From Moniliella sp. 'wahieum' (taxonomy: Eukaryota): DNA of 64,000 nt. Position 1 is the stretch's first letter. The number at the start of each line of letters is the position of its first letter. Shown piece by piece: positions 1 through 15,314 of this stretch. A program made the position numbers and the translations under genes. The notes beneath the pieces were generated by a model. The model did no database searches and had not been told where the DNA came from. It saw only the letters and a list, made by a program, of their open reading frames with translations. The DNA is taken from assembly GCA_003971905.1 (NCBI GenBank), contig RSEE01000080.1:62001-126000 (forward strand), written 5' to 3'.

Positions 1-1050
1 ACGTTGGTGGAAGCTGTTTTGCTCTGTCCAAGGACAACCGGTACCGGTTCAAGTTGCCCGTGCGCCACTTTTGCGAGCGCCTCGTCCGTCGGTTTGGATT
101 TGATGCGATCGATCGGCTGGTGCCCGAAGACGACAAGAAGTTGTTGGCCAACATTCGCAAGCGCAAGGAACGTGCCAAGCGCCGTCGTACCGAGAAGGAA
201 GACGATCCTCACCTCACCGAAACGGCACTGGGCACGACCCAGGCCGCGCGCAAGACGCGCGACATTGGTACGGACGCATTTGAAGATGTACTGTACGGCT
301 CCGAGGCCGAGCTGGCCTCGTCGGACGAAGAGGAACAGGGAGCGTCGCACAAGGGCAAGGCGCCCCAGGGCAAAGCACCCCAGGGTAAGAAATCTCGTCG
401 TGCTGTCGACGAGACGTACATTCGCGCCGACGACGATGAGCCGATGGACTTGTTGGACCGCGGCGCTGCTGGGTCCAAGATTATGACGGGCATGTGGCGG
501 CGGTGCAGGCGCGTGCGAACGCGGCGGCCGGACGTGCCTCGCGAAAGGGCACCCAGTTCCCCAGCGACGTCGATACGGGCAAGATGCTGATTCAGGACGA
601 GGAGGATCCACGCTGGCCCCGACGGCGACCCGGGGCAAGAAGCGCAAGTCGGGCGACGACTTGGAGGAGGAGCAAGATGATGGGGATGCGTACCGTGGTC
701 TGTCGATCGGAGCTGATGGTCATACCCACACCCGCACAGGCGCCGTCAAGTTCAACAAGAACAACAAGAAGACCCGTGCGGCCGAGGCGGAGATGGATTT
801 GGACGAGCAGGACGACGAGGCGCGGCAGATTGGTGCGCCAGCCGAAAATAAGGACCGTCGCAAGCGGCCCAAGAAGGACAAGACGGCCATTGGGGGCCAG
901 TTCCGTGCCAAGAAGGCCCAAGGCGATGTGCAGCGGGGCGGCATGTCCCCCTATGCCTATGTCCCGCTGGGCGATGTGAGCGGCAAGAAGGCCGGACGCA
1001 ACGCGCGCCAGATGGACATTACTGGCCACGGACGCAAGCGCCGCGGTTGA
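1..1050 (+). CDS. RRP12: Ribosomal RNA-processing protein 12, C-terminal part (5' end outside window; frameshifted)
   Basis: Joined ORFs 54..590 and 661..1050 give VRHFCERLVRRFGFDAIDRLVPEDDKKLLANIRKRKERAKRR, DAFEDVLYGSE, DEPMDLLD and GGQFRAKKAQGDVQRGGMSPYAYVPL, which are hallmark Rrp12 C-terminal motifs. Stop TGA at 1048-1050. Confidence 0.9.
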
Positions 1051-1301
1051 ACTTGCTTCCTCTTTCCTGTTTCTGGTTTTGCTTTTGAGATGAACTTCAT
1101 GCTTTGGCTATTCCGCAAGATCTGTAGAAACTCTGTCTGGAGCTACGAGCAAACCGCTTTCTCTACATACGTCTACATAGGTGCCATACGGAAAGGATGT
1201 AGGGGAGGTGGTAGTGGAGGTGAGAGAGAGTGCATACAGTACATGCAGGTCCCTGGGAGAAATCTCTCCCCGCCCAAGGAACTTTTCGAGCCCAAGGAGT
1301 T

Positions 1302-2670
1302 CTAAGCCGAAGGCACGGGTTCCTGCTGCGCTTGGCCCTCCACTGCTGCAACAGGCGCTTCCGACCGGGTCTCGGACGTCGCCGAGGTGAGCGTAGTAAG
1401 GATGCGCGATCGCGCCGTCCCACTCCTCCAGGCGGTTTCCAACAGCTTCCATTGGGCCGGGCCAAACGCGCGGTGGGATGCGCGGAAGACACGGAAGGTC
1501 TGGTGCGTCTGCGACAACTTGCCCGCCGCCAGACCGGCACGAATCAAGTCAATCAGCCACCCCTCGACGGCGTCCGAACCCGTCTCCTTCTCCCCTGCAG
1601 CAGACAGCACCGAACCGATTTGAGCATAGGTGAGCGTGGCCGGTGCCGCCGGTGCGCTCTCCCCTTGCACCTTGGCACAGGCGTCGGCCAGGTCCAACAG
1701 CGTAGCCTTCCGCGACAAGGCGGCGGTGTCAATGCCAAGACGCTTCACTTCGGCCTCGTTGGACGAGATCCACTTGGCCACCTCGGCCGCCGGGCCGGTA
1801 ATCAGTGCGGTCAGCAGCGCCCCGGCTGGCGAACCCTGCAGCGCCTTGGACGCAGCAGGAATGTTGGCCAGCGTCTCAAAGTCCATCACTGTGGGCAAAG
1901 CAATGGCCGAAACCACAGCTTCAGCACCGGCTTTGGCGCCCTTGGACTCGCCCGTGGCAGTGAGGAAGCGCAGGTACACCAGGGTAAACTCGTACGCTTG
2001 CTTTGGGTTGTCGCTCCCGTCCCGAAGCGTCTGCGAAACGTGCGCGAGCAACGCTTCCTTCTCCTCTGCGCTCACGTCCCATTGCGCCAGCCACACGGGA
2101 AGCTGCTCCAGCGTCGGTAGCAGCACGTCCACCTCTCCCTGGACAGACAGCAGGTCCACCAGAGCTCGGTAGACGGTAAGACGCAGCCCCGAAGTAGCGG
2201 AAGCAGGTTGAATGTGTTGGTCAAACTGAGGCAAAGAGTCAGGTCAGTACCCCTCGCCTTACACCCATCCAGTAGAATCAAAGTACATACATCTGCGTCT
2301 TGAGCGGGGCACCCGCGTGCTCCGCAGCGGGCACCGCACGAACAAGGCTGGACAGGAGCGACGTCTGCTTGGCCTGGTCGTCGGCGAAGGTGGACTGGAT
2401 CAAAGCCACGAGGAGGTTGTATGCGCCCTCGGTGTCGCGCGGCGTGACGACGTCCTCAGAAGGCGCGGCGATCGCCGGTGTGGCGACGGCCGCGACCAAC
2501 TTCTCCACGGCGGCAGGGGCGGCAGCAGCGTCGGCCACGGCGAACGACGCACGGAACGCATCGCGCTCGGCCTCGGGCTTGGCGCGGGCGAAGAGGGTGG
2601 CGAGGTCAGCGATCTGCTCGGCGACAGGTGCGTCGGCGACAACGACGTTTTGCGTGGCCAGCAGGCTCAT
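1302..2670 (-). CDS. eIF3m: Eukaryotic translation initiation factor 3 subunit M (PCI domain)
   Basis: ATG at 2670. Intron 2290-2226 (GTATGT...TACTGAC...CAG). PCI-domain end VEGWLIDLIRAGLAAGKLSQTHQTFRVFRASHRAFGPAQWKLL. Possible frameshift near the 3' end. Confidence 0.88.
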
Positions 2671-3072
2671 GCTGGGCAGGGATGCGGGGGGGAGGCGGTG
2701 CTGCGATGGAGAGGGGGAGGGTGAGGCCGCCGAGGGCCGTGGCGGCCGAGACGACCGAGCGAAAAAATTGCGACGAAGAAACGGCGGCCCGCACGGCGCC
2801 AGTCTTGGCCCGCCCGCATTCCGCCTGTCCCGCGTGAAATATGAAATCGCACCACGCCCCTGCTTACCTCATCCGCCGGGGGATGCGTGTGCGGGTGGCA
2901 TGTGGCATGCCTGTAAGCTTGCATGCTGCGTGGCTTGGCCTGCAACATTGCAGACAGGCGGCGTACGTAATCCGCCGCCGATTAGTAAACCACTCGCCAG
3001 GCAGCGGCTGGATGCTGCCGCCGCTCCATCGCCCCCCGCCTGTGCCTCCTCCTCCCCCCCGCACTGGCCGCC

Positions 3073-3725
3073 ATGCACGTCTCCCCGGCTGCTCTCATCA
3101 CCATCCCCTCGCGTCTCGCCCAGACGACGCGCGTCAGCTCCGACTGGAACGAGGCGCTGGCACGCGGCCGCTCGCTCTACCGCCGCCTGTGGTACCGCTC
3201 CGCCCCCGAGATCTGCACCATCTACGCCCTCAACCTGCCCCCCTCGACCCTGCGCGCCAAGTTCCGCACCGCGTTTGAGGCCAACCGCGACGTCAAGGAC
3301 CTGGCCGTGTACGACCTCCTGCTTCACAAGGGCTACGTTGAATTCCAGGAGACGGTCAACATGTGGAAACAACGATCCCACGTTATGCGCTGGTTCCATG
3401 AGGAAGAGGTACGCCCCCCCCCTTCTCCCCCCTTCTAATGTGCTGGTGTCTCCCTCCCCCCCTGGCTCTGTCTGCCTTTGTCAGCGTCGGGGCATGGGCG
3501 AGTGAAGTGGGTGCTGTGCTGACACGATGGCTGACTGTCTTCTGACCTGCGTCGCCGTTCTCTTGGGCCTTGCTAGAGCGACCGTATGTACTTTTCGCAT
3601 CCCACGACTACGGAATAATACTAACTTTTGTGTTTTGCGCCTGCGCAGCTACTCCCAAGACGTTCCTCGACCGCTTCTATGCTACTCGGGACGAGGGCCG
3701 CGGGCCCAATGGCCGTGGGCTGTAG
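3073..3725 (+). CDS. NDUFA6: Complex I accessory subunit NDUFA6/B14 (LYR family)
   Basis: Exons 3073-3408, 3577-3583 and 3649-3725. Motifs SLYRRLWYRSAPEI and LLLHKGYVEFQETVNMWKQRSHVMRWF; the spliced tail reads SDPTPKTFLDRFYATRDEG...*. Confidence 0.9.
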
Positions 3726-3990
3726 GCTGTTTCGCTTCCACGCACAATGACATGCTCCCGCCTGTTACTTATGGCGGACTAGGTAGGCCTTGTGGGCGTA
3801 GGATGTATATAGCCCGTAATGTCCCCGTGTGGCAGCAGCGCACAAGGTATGCCCACGCCTGGATGCTTCTTTCGCTGCTAAGCAGACCCTCATCTGGGTA
3901 CGCACTCAAGGTTAAACCCACCTCGCCAGGCGGGCGGTGAGTGTAGGTGTTCTGCCAAGGAAGGCAGGTTGTGGAATTCTGACTAAAGGC

Positions 3991-3996
3991 AAAAAA
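3991..3996 (-). terminator. RNA polymerase III terminator (T6) of tRNA-iMet
   Basis: AAAAAA on the + strand, 3 nt downstream of the tRNA 3' end. Confidence 0.8.
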
Positions 3997-3999
3997 GAG

Positions 4000-4084
4000 T
4001 AGCTACCGTCGGTCTTGATCCGACGACCTGTGGGTCACACTAGGAATTATGAGCCCACTGCTCTTCCGCCTGAGCTAGGTAGCT
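4000..4084 (-). tRNA. tRNA-iMet (anticodon CAT), initiator type, with 12-nt intron (4036-4047)
   Basis: Minus strand reads AGCTACCTAGCTCAGGCGGAAGAGCAGTGGGCTCATA[ATTCCTAGTGTG]ACCCACAGGTCGTCGGATCAAGACCGACGGTAGCTA. It has a 7-bp acceptor stem with A1:U72, GGG/CCC in the anticodon stem and A54/A60 in the T-loop, followed by a T6 run. Confidence 0.92.
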
Positions 4085-4596
4085 GCTACATCGATTGGGT
4101 TCCCCCATATATACACAACGTATCCGAAAAACAACTCCATCATGTCCATATCCTCGTCCTTTGCACACGCGCGTCCGTGCCCTGGCCTGTGCCTCCATCA
4201 ACTGAGCTACCACAAGAGAGGCAACCACCTCTGCCTGGCTATCGGTACGATGCATGCAACAATCAAAGTCAGCCTCGACGCATCGGCCAGAGAGGGAAGT
4301 TTTCACTTTTCGGTAGCAGACATATTCGTCGTTGCTGTGCTACTGGACGCCGCGGTGTTGGGGTTCAGTGTTACATAGCCAGATTCGATGAGATGCTGAG
4401 GCGGGGGCGTGAGATCTAAGAGGGTGCGTTCGATGCGTGTACGTAGTCAGTCACACTGGTTTTGTGACATGTGAATTGCGAGCTGCTCGGATGCACAGCT
4501 GCTACATACGGTGGTGTTCACATGGGTCTCTTCTGCCCCACTGTTCCCATCCCCACTCCATCCCCATCTCCATCCTCACCTCCTTCGCCACCTGCC

Positions 4597-5637
4597 ATGG
4601 AGCCCAGCCGCAAACGTCTCCGCACGGACGCCAGGCGGTCGATGCCCTCACTCGGCGCTGCACCGCCTTCCCCCTCGCCAGTAATACCGTTCGCCCTCCC
4701 ATTCCAGCCGCCTGACCGGCCCCTCCACCGCCGCGCCTCGGCGCCCCTCTTCCCCTACCCCCCCATTCCTATCGCCCACGAGGGCGACGACGATGATTTC
4801 ATTCTCAACTTCTCGCGATATACGCACCTTCCTCGCCGGCGACATCGCTCCTCCCGCTTGCCCTCGTTCCCCTTCCCGGCGTCACCTCAGCCCGTCCCCC
4901 CGTCCGAGCCAGCGGGGACCCCCCATATTACCCCACCCTCTACGCCGCGTAGGCACAAGCATTCCTACTCTGCTACTACCATCTCCTCTTCTTGCACACT
5001 CGTCTCCCCCCACCTTGTCCAAGACATCTCCCATCGAGGAATGGGACATCGCTGATCTTCTCCGTCAGATTGACGAGCTGCAGTCGCTTCCTTCCCCTGC
5101 TCAAGACGGGTAGACGGGTGCACCGACCGGAACGAGCTTGAACCTCCTCGCTCTCCTTCCCACGAGGAAGACGACGACATTGCCCTTCTTGTGTCGGAGG
5201 AGGACGAGGAGGACATCTCTCTTTCCTCCCTCCAAGAAGACCTGTGGCACGCCCCGATCTCCGCCGAAGGGTATGCTGCTCTCTCCCTCGCTGCCTCCCT
5301 ACCTCCCGAATGGGCAGACGAGTCCTCCGGTGCTCCTGTGTCGAATTATGCGTCGGGCCAGGAGGCGAGCCAAGCAGGATGGTCCTCTCTTTGGCGCAGC
5401 GATGGAACGCGATCGCACCTGTGGTGCCTGCGGGGGAGTGGGTTGGACGATGTGCACCAGGAAGGACTCCTGATGGAGATGGAACTGGTGGAATGGGTTC
5501 GATCTTTCTCCCATCGCATCACCCTATTGGTCTCGACTTGGCTCGCGTTTGTCTTGGTGGTATTTTGTACAAGCGTGTTCCTGCTTGTGTACGTTCTTCT
5601 TATATCGTTCATCCCCTGCTCGCCCAGCAGATGCTGA
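4597..5637 (+). CDS. Hypothetical protein: Pro/Ser-rich N-terminus, acidic middle, possible C-terminal transmembrane helix (frameshifted)
   Basis: ATG in GCCATGG context gives MEPSRKRLRT. The reading continues through frame changes into EEWDIADLLRQIDEL and SEEDEEDISLSSLQEDLW, ending in hydrophobic WLAFVLVVFCTSVFLLVYVLLISF. No family recognised. Confidence 0.45.
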
Positions 5638-5845
5638 CCTGTCCCATCAGACAGGGACCCCGTCGCGTTCTCGTTTTTTCCCAATGACCTGTAGCTGCAT
5701 ATCTCGTGTATCTGATATCAATTAGTAGGTAGCTTTCCTATGGCTCGTAGCAATCCGGATTCATCTCGACGATCCATATGACGCATGTAGAGCGTGCCGG
5801 CTGCCGTTGCCCCCTCGAGCGGGCCGAGGGGAGGCTCAAGGCTCA

Positions 5846-8730
5846 CTAACCCATCAACTTGTACTGGTCCCACTGCATCTCCTGGTGTAGAATCCCATCG
5901 AGGATCAGCTCCGCCGTCCAGACCCGGACGGGGAGCCATCGACACAACGGTCCTCGCTCAGTTGATCCCACAACCGCCGATCCGCTTCGGACGAAATAAT
6001 GTGCACCGTATCGGGAAAGGGCAGGATGTAATCAACGTTGAGAGTTTTCTTTCTTCGTCTTCCCCCCAGCCGCCAGCACCACCATTCGCAACACCTCTTC
6101 CGACGGGTCACTTTGGGTGTAAATATGAACGTGTGGCCGGCCAGCAGCTCGCCGTGGCTTCGCCGCCGTGCCAAAGAAGACGACAAGGTCATCCCACGCA
6201 CCTTTTCGTTTTTCTTGTCCTGCAACGCATATTCCGCTGGATCGCCAACCTGCTCCTCGCGTAACAGCGCCTTTAACCACTGCGGCGTCACCACCTCCAC
6301 CCCTCTCGCTACCGCACAGAGCAACTTGGGTGTCCGCTGCAACGACGCCGCTACCAAACCTCCGTCTGTCCGTCACTTCCGCCTGTTTCCACCACCCAAG
6401 CTTGCGCAACTGTTTTCTCCTCTTGGGCGGAAACGTCGACGGAGGTAGTGGTAAAGTACCGTTTCGTCGTTCCCGCGGGTGTCGTAGGCGTTTGGGAGCT
6501 CGGTGTCCCGCGAACTCGTTTTCGGTCCCGGCGTGGCGGTAACGGGGGAACTGGCCTGGTCCCGTTCGCGTCTACGAGGTGTGCCTTTCTTGACATCGGC
6601 TGCGCCAGCCATGGAGGATGGAGCTTTCTTGCCCCTGCGCTGCACGGGCGTCGCCACTTCTTCTTCTTCTTCCGCCCCATCTCGGACTTCCATCGTCTCG
6701 TCCACAGCAGTCGGGGGGGGGCGCCACCTTCTTGGCGTCGCGCCGTACGGGTTTGGAGGAAACGACTGGCTCTACCTTGGGGTCTTCCTCTTGGGGTGGG
6801 CGACGCCTCTTGCCGGTCGCCTTCTTTTGTGGGACAGGTGTTTTCTTCATGGCGGGAGCCTGCCTCGACGGGCGCCTGTAGGCCGGGGCTTGATCAACTG
6901 TTGTTGGCTCCGCCAGAGCATTGCTGAGCAGCCCATCCTGTACCTTGGGGGTGCGCTATCGGCAAGGACTGCTTGCTCTTGGGGCTCTTGCTGGTCCAGC
7001 CGTTCTTCGTCTCCCCATTCTGCTTCACTTGTTCGACCCGGGAGGGAACGGAGACAGTGTCATCGTACCCCCGCCCTGTCTGGGCATGTACCCACTCGGT
7101 CGCATGTACAATCCACGGCCGCAGTACATCCCGGTCCAACTTGGCTCGTCCGACCAGACCCTGCATTTTTACGTTGGACGGGAACTGGGTGTACGCACGA
7201 CTGGCCTCGACGCCTCGATCGCTCCAGGTGACCAACAATCTTCCAGCCAGGTATGGTTGACCACCTGGATCCCCCATGAGCTGGCGCGTTGGACCTTGTC
7301 GCCCGTCAAGGAAGCTGTGAGCAGGTGCGTGTTGCGCGAGCTCATCTCGGGGTCCAGCACGCCCCGGCACGTCGCACCAGTTCTTTCAGGTACGATCGCG
7401 CTTGGCCCGTGTAGTTGCTGAGGGTGAAGACGTAGTTGGAGAAATTGGGAATGGGCCGGGAAGGGAAAGGGGAATGAAGGAGATGGTCCATGGGTTCGAC
7501 CAGGCGGCCATAGGCTACCACGTACCACAGCCAACTGCTCGTCGCCAAACGTTTGCCCAAATGCAATGCCCAATTGCCGCCCGGTGAATCGCGAAAGGAG
7601 GTGACCACCACATCGCTCTCCATCACCGCCGAGCTCAGATCGCCCTCGGCCGGTCGTTCCACCCATATACCCCCGTGGTCCAACACACTCTTCTGCGCCA
7701 TTGCCAGGGATGGCGAACTGACTTCCTCGTCAGGCAGGAACAAGAGTTGAGGCCTTGCAGCGCATCTTTCCGCTGAAATAAGGACACCCGGCCTTTTTCG
7801 GGTGGAGCAAAGAGCTTGGCCAGGTCCGTGGAGGGGGCGAGAGGGACGGCGGGGGGGCCGGTTGGTCGGGCAGGCACAGAAGCTTCCGGGGCGGGAGCGG
7901 GCTGGCGGTGCGAAAGAGGCGGCTGATCTGTGCGTAGGAAAGAGGGTACACCCTCCCGATCCAAGGGCCAAGCAAATGCGTCTACAGGGAGGAGCGCAGT
8001 AAACTTGATGCACTCGTTGATCCAAGCAGGATGAACGGCGAGGATGCCCAACTCGCGGTTCTCCTCTTTGCGCAGCACAGCCAAGCTGTTTGAATCTTCC
8101 ACTGGCGTGATGAGGTGGGTTACTTCCTTGGTCAAGTTGAGCCGGTAGTGTCCGCCCAGACTCTGGATCGCACCCAAGACCAGCTCCGATTCCGTCTGGT
8201 TGATCCGCGACAGATGGACCACAACGCCACTAAAGATCCGCGCCGGGTCGGGGGAGAAGTACCGCTCTGCCTGTCGCGAAGCCAAACGGACGAGCGCACG
8301 ACCCATTCGGGACTGACGACTGTGGCACGTGTTGTGTCCCGTTCTTCGGCAGACCGTCGGCTTGCGGGTCGCCACACAGATCGTACTCGGGGAAACTGAT
8401 GGTGTGCGTGATGACGTGGGTGACTACGCAGCGTCAAAGCGGTACGAAGGGGGGAGGTCCTCAGCTTGTTGCGAAGCGGGTTGCTGGGCGAGACGATCGC
8501 GACGCTGTTGTCTCCAGGTGGGGCTGTGGGCGTCCCACTCGGTTGCGCCGGCGCGGGTGAGGAGCCTGCGGAGCTGGGATGGGTCAGTGGCGCGGGAGAG
8601 AAGAAGGGCACGAGGCGGGGGAGCGTACGTTGTCCGTTTCGCCCGCGTCCAGGTCGGTGTTGAGGAAGAATACGACGTCGCGCATGTCGGGCAGCGCGAC
8701 GGCGGTGCTGGTGAGCGTGGTGCGGGCCAT
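5846..8730 (-). CDS. Multi-BRCT-domain DNA-damage scaffold (Rtt107/Brc1/PTIP-like)
   Basis: Several BRCT signatures: IFSGVVVHLS...LGGHYRLNLTKEVTHLIT, VHPAWINECIK, FSNYVFTLSNYTGQARSYLKELV, IQVVNHTWLEDC, LQRTPKLLCAVARGVEVVTPQWL and terminal WTAELILDGILHQEMQW. ATG at 8730, intron ~8628-8566, several frameshifts. Confidence 0.85.
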
Positions 8731-9105
8731 GCTATGGGCGGGCGAGGGGCGAGCGATCAAGACAGGTGGTTGGTGGCGGCCACGTTGGTCAAATCCCTCG
8801 GCGGGGCGCGACGCGTTCGGGATGCAACCGAAGCGCGGCGCAGCGGCAGTGTGGGCCAGCGCTGATTTCGGTGATGATGGATTGATTGATGGCCGCTTGG
8901 TGCTGCTGCTTACTAGTTCTTTACTGCTTTCTCTATGGTCTTCGGGGATGCTTGTGCGTGATCAAGTCGATGGGAATCGATTCATGACCGCCGCGGATAC
9001 GAACAGCTCAGGCCGAGCAGAGCAGGATGGGATAGAGCAATGGATTGGCAGACAGCGCACAGTGACTCCGTCCGGCCCGCAGGACAAAGAGGGCTGGGCT
9101 ACATG

Positions 9106-12746
<3,641 letters not shown>

Positions 12747-13138
12747 GGGGGGCGGAGTGGTGCTGGCGTGGCCTTGGCGTTGGTGGGGCGCAGAGGCGAG
12801 ATGAGATGTGCTATCTAGATCGGCCAGGGATCGGATTGCGCTGAGGCTCTCTCTTGTTGCCCCGACGACACCGCCGTCGCCGATGAGTAAGAGGAGGCCC
12901 CCGCCCAAGCACCCCGGGCGCACGGACACACTGCCCCCGCGCCCGCTGCACACGCCATTCCGCCCGGGCCCATGTCGCCGCACCCGGCACTGGCCCACCC
13001 TCCCCGAACCCTACCGCACGCGCATGTCCCCGCCCCTCACGTGCCACCCTGGCCATTCCGCCCTGCGATCGCAGCTCCACTCGCGCTCGCACTCGCGCAC
13101 CCCCTCCCCCTCCCCCTCCCCCTACCCCCCCCAGCAAC

Positions 13139-13380
13139 ATGGCCCCGACTGGGCCAGCACCTTCGAGTCGGCTGTTATCGTTGTCTTCCTCCTCCTCCTG
13201 GCCTTCATTGTGCTCAAGGTGCTGGAGAGCCGGCCAGCGGACGAGGTGCGTTGCTACTTGCCCCCGATGGGCAGCCGTCGACGTTTCCTTCACTAACCCG
13301 CCCCACAGTGGAACGCCCAGCGCCCACCGCCTGCCAAGAAGGACCAGGCGGAGGGATATTCGTCCGGAGTCAAGGCCTAG
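13139..13380 (+). CDS. Putative ~59-aa single-pass membrane microprotein (two exons; needs +1 C in the CCCC run after ATG)
   Basis: Intron 13246-13308 (GTGCGT...CACTAAC...CAG) joins WASTFESAVIVVFLLLLAFIVLKVLESRPADE to WNAQRPPPAKKDQAEGYSSGVKA*. Confidence 0.6.
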
Positions 13381-13939
13381 CTACTCCGGGGGCGATACCC
13401 ATCCAGCAGGGAATTCGATGCGGAAGCGGTTACATGTGTCGCTGCTGCCTGTGCTGTGCTGCCAGTACTGATAGGACCAACTAGCGCCCCCGGCACAGCC
13501 ATCCGTGACGCTGCGCGTGCGGGTCGATGGTCTGGATGCCTGCTGTTTGGTTGGGAGTGCGGCAGCAAGGTGGGAGTGGTTAGGGTGGGGTGGTAGCCGA
13601 GCGGGCGGGTTTGCTGTTTTCTTGCGATGAGGCGACTGGGCGCCGCGGCATGGATCGTCCGATTGGTCGGAGCAGATGACGTCGGTGGGGGCGGGGTACG
13701 TAAGCAGGCTGTGTGTGCGCCACCGCAGGCAGCCACCGCAATGTGGGTACGGCCGGGACTCGGACTCAGTGGCTCAGCTCAGCGGCCGGTCGCAATCCCA
13801 AGTCACATGATCACATCCATCCGCCCAGCCGCCCACCTAGCGGGTCGCCGCCCCCCACGCCCCTTCTCCGCCCCCCCCATCCACCCCGTTCCGCCGCCGC
13901 TCGTCTCTCTCCGCCCCGCCGCCCCCACTCTTTCCCGCC

Positions 13940-14557
13940 ATGTCGTCGCCAAGCGCCGGATCGAGACCGACGTGATGAAGTTGCTGATGAGCGACTACGA
14001 GATCGAGCTGGTCAACGACAACATGCGCGAGTTCTATGTCCGCTTTCCCGGCCCAGAAGAGAGTGCGTGTCTCCCTCGTCCCTCCCCTTGCTACCGGCAT
14101 GGTGGTCCCGCATCTGCTAATCTCAGCCCGACAGCGCCATTCGCCGGCGTGTGGAAGATTCATGTGGAACTCCCGGAAGACTACCCGTACAAGTCGCCTC
14201 GATTGGCTTTCGCAACCGGATATTCCACCCCAACATTGACGAAGTGTCGGGCTCGTGTGTCTCGATGTGATCAACCAGGCCTGGACGCCCCTCTATGGCC
14301 TGATCAATGTGTTTGAGTCCTTCATCCCGCAGCTGCTGCGCTACCCGAACGCCAGCGACCCCCTCAACGGCGAAGCAGCGGCCCTCTTCATGAGCCACCC
14401 GGAACTGTACGACCAGCGAGTGCGTGACTACGTCAGGCGCTACGCCTCTTCCAACGCCATGGCCGAGGGCACCGAGGAAGAGGAAGAGAGTGAGGAAGAA
14501 GAAATGTCCGACGTCTCTTTTAGCGACGAGGATGAGCCGGCCAACATGGATCCCTAA
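13940..14557 (+). CDS. UBC8: Ubiquitin-conjugating enzyme E2 H (Ubc8)
   Basis: [48 protein letters not shown], catalytic [29 protein letters not shown] and an acidic tail. Intron 14063-14134; frameshifts. Confidence 0.93.
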
Positions 14558-15314
14558 CCTAACCCCGTACCTGTCATCACTCTCTCTCGTCCTGACCCTG
14601 GGTTCCTTTTACCGCTTCAAGTTCTCCGTGCCGATGGAGCGAATGTTCGAGGGGCTCGCCCCTTCCCAGAGGGTTTCATTATTACTTGTCGGACCCATTT
14701 CCATTGTACCACCTCTCCTTACCTCACAACTCCCTATTGATGTACTTCAACCGAGCGCCTGTGCTTCGTGCCCTGGAATCGCTTCGCCATTGCTGAGGTC
14801 GCACGGGTGGTTGCAGGCCGAGGAAGCAAGTCCGGCCCCTTAAGGATAGAGGGGGACAGCACACGTTGGTCCGCAGAACAGACGCCAGGTACAACCAGAT
14901 AATTGAGAGATGTTGCCGCTTTCCCTGCTACCTGTTCCCTTTCACCGGTGTCACCGGCCTGGCAGCAAGTTCACGGCAAACACTAGTACTAGTCATGTAG
15001 AGAGATCATTGACAGATTAGCTTGATTCTCTCCCGCCTTCAAGCTTCATTGGTACTCGTCACCTTCTTGTTCCCTTGATAACCATCGCAGCTTATGTGTC
15101 GCCTTCAAGCTAGCCCGCCACAATTTGAAGGTAGCCCGATTTGGCTGATTCAGGCTGTGAGGCGCAGCTGGTGGCGATCTTTCATCGGAACAATTTCGGG
15201 GAGGGGGGGGGTGTACTGGAAAAAGCGATGCGCTTGCAGCTGATCTGAGCACTACTCGCTCTAGCTCTCGCTCCCCATTGGTCCTTCGGCTTTTGCCACC
15301 ACCACGATAGCATC

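Noticed and set aside
14551..14566. CCCTAACCTAACCCC as a telomerase RNA template
   Set aside because: Imperfect match overlapping the UBC8 stop codon, with no supporting structure.
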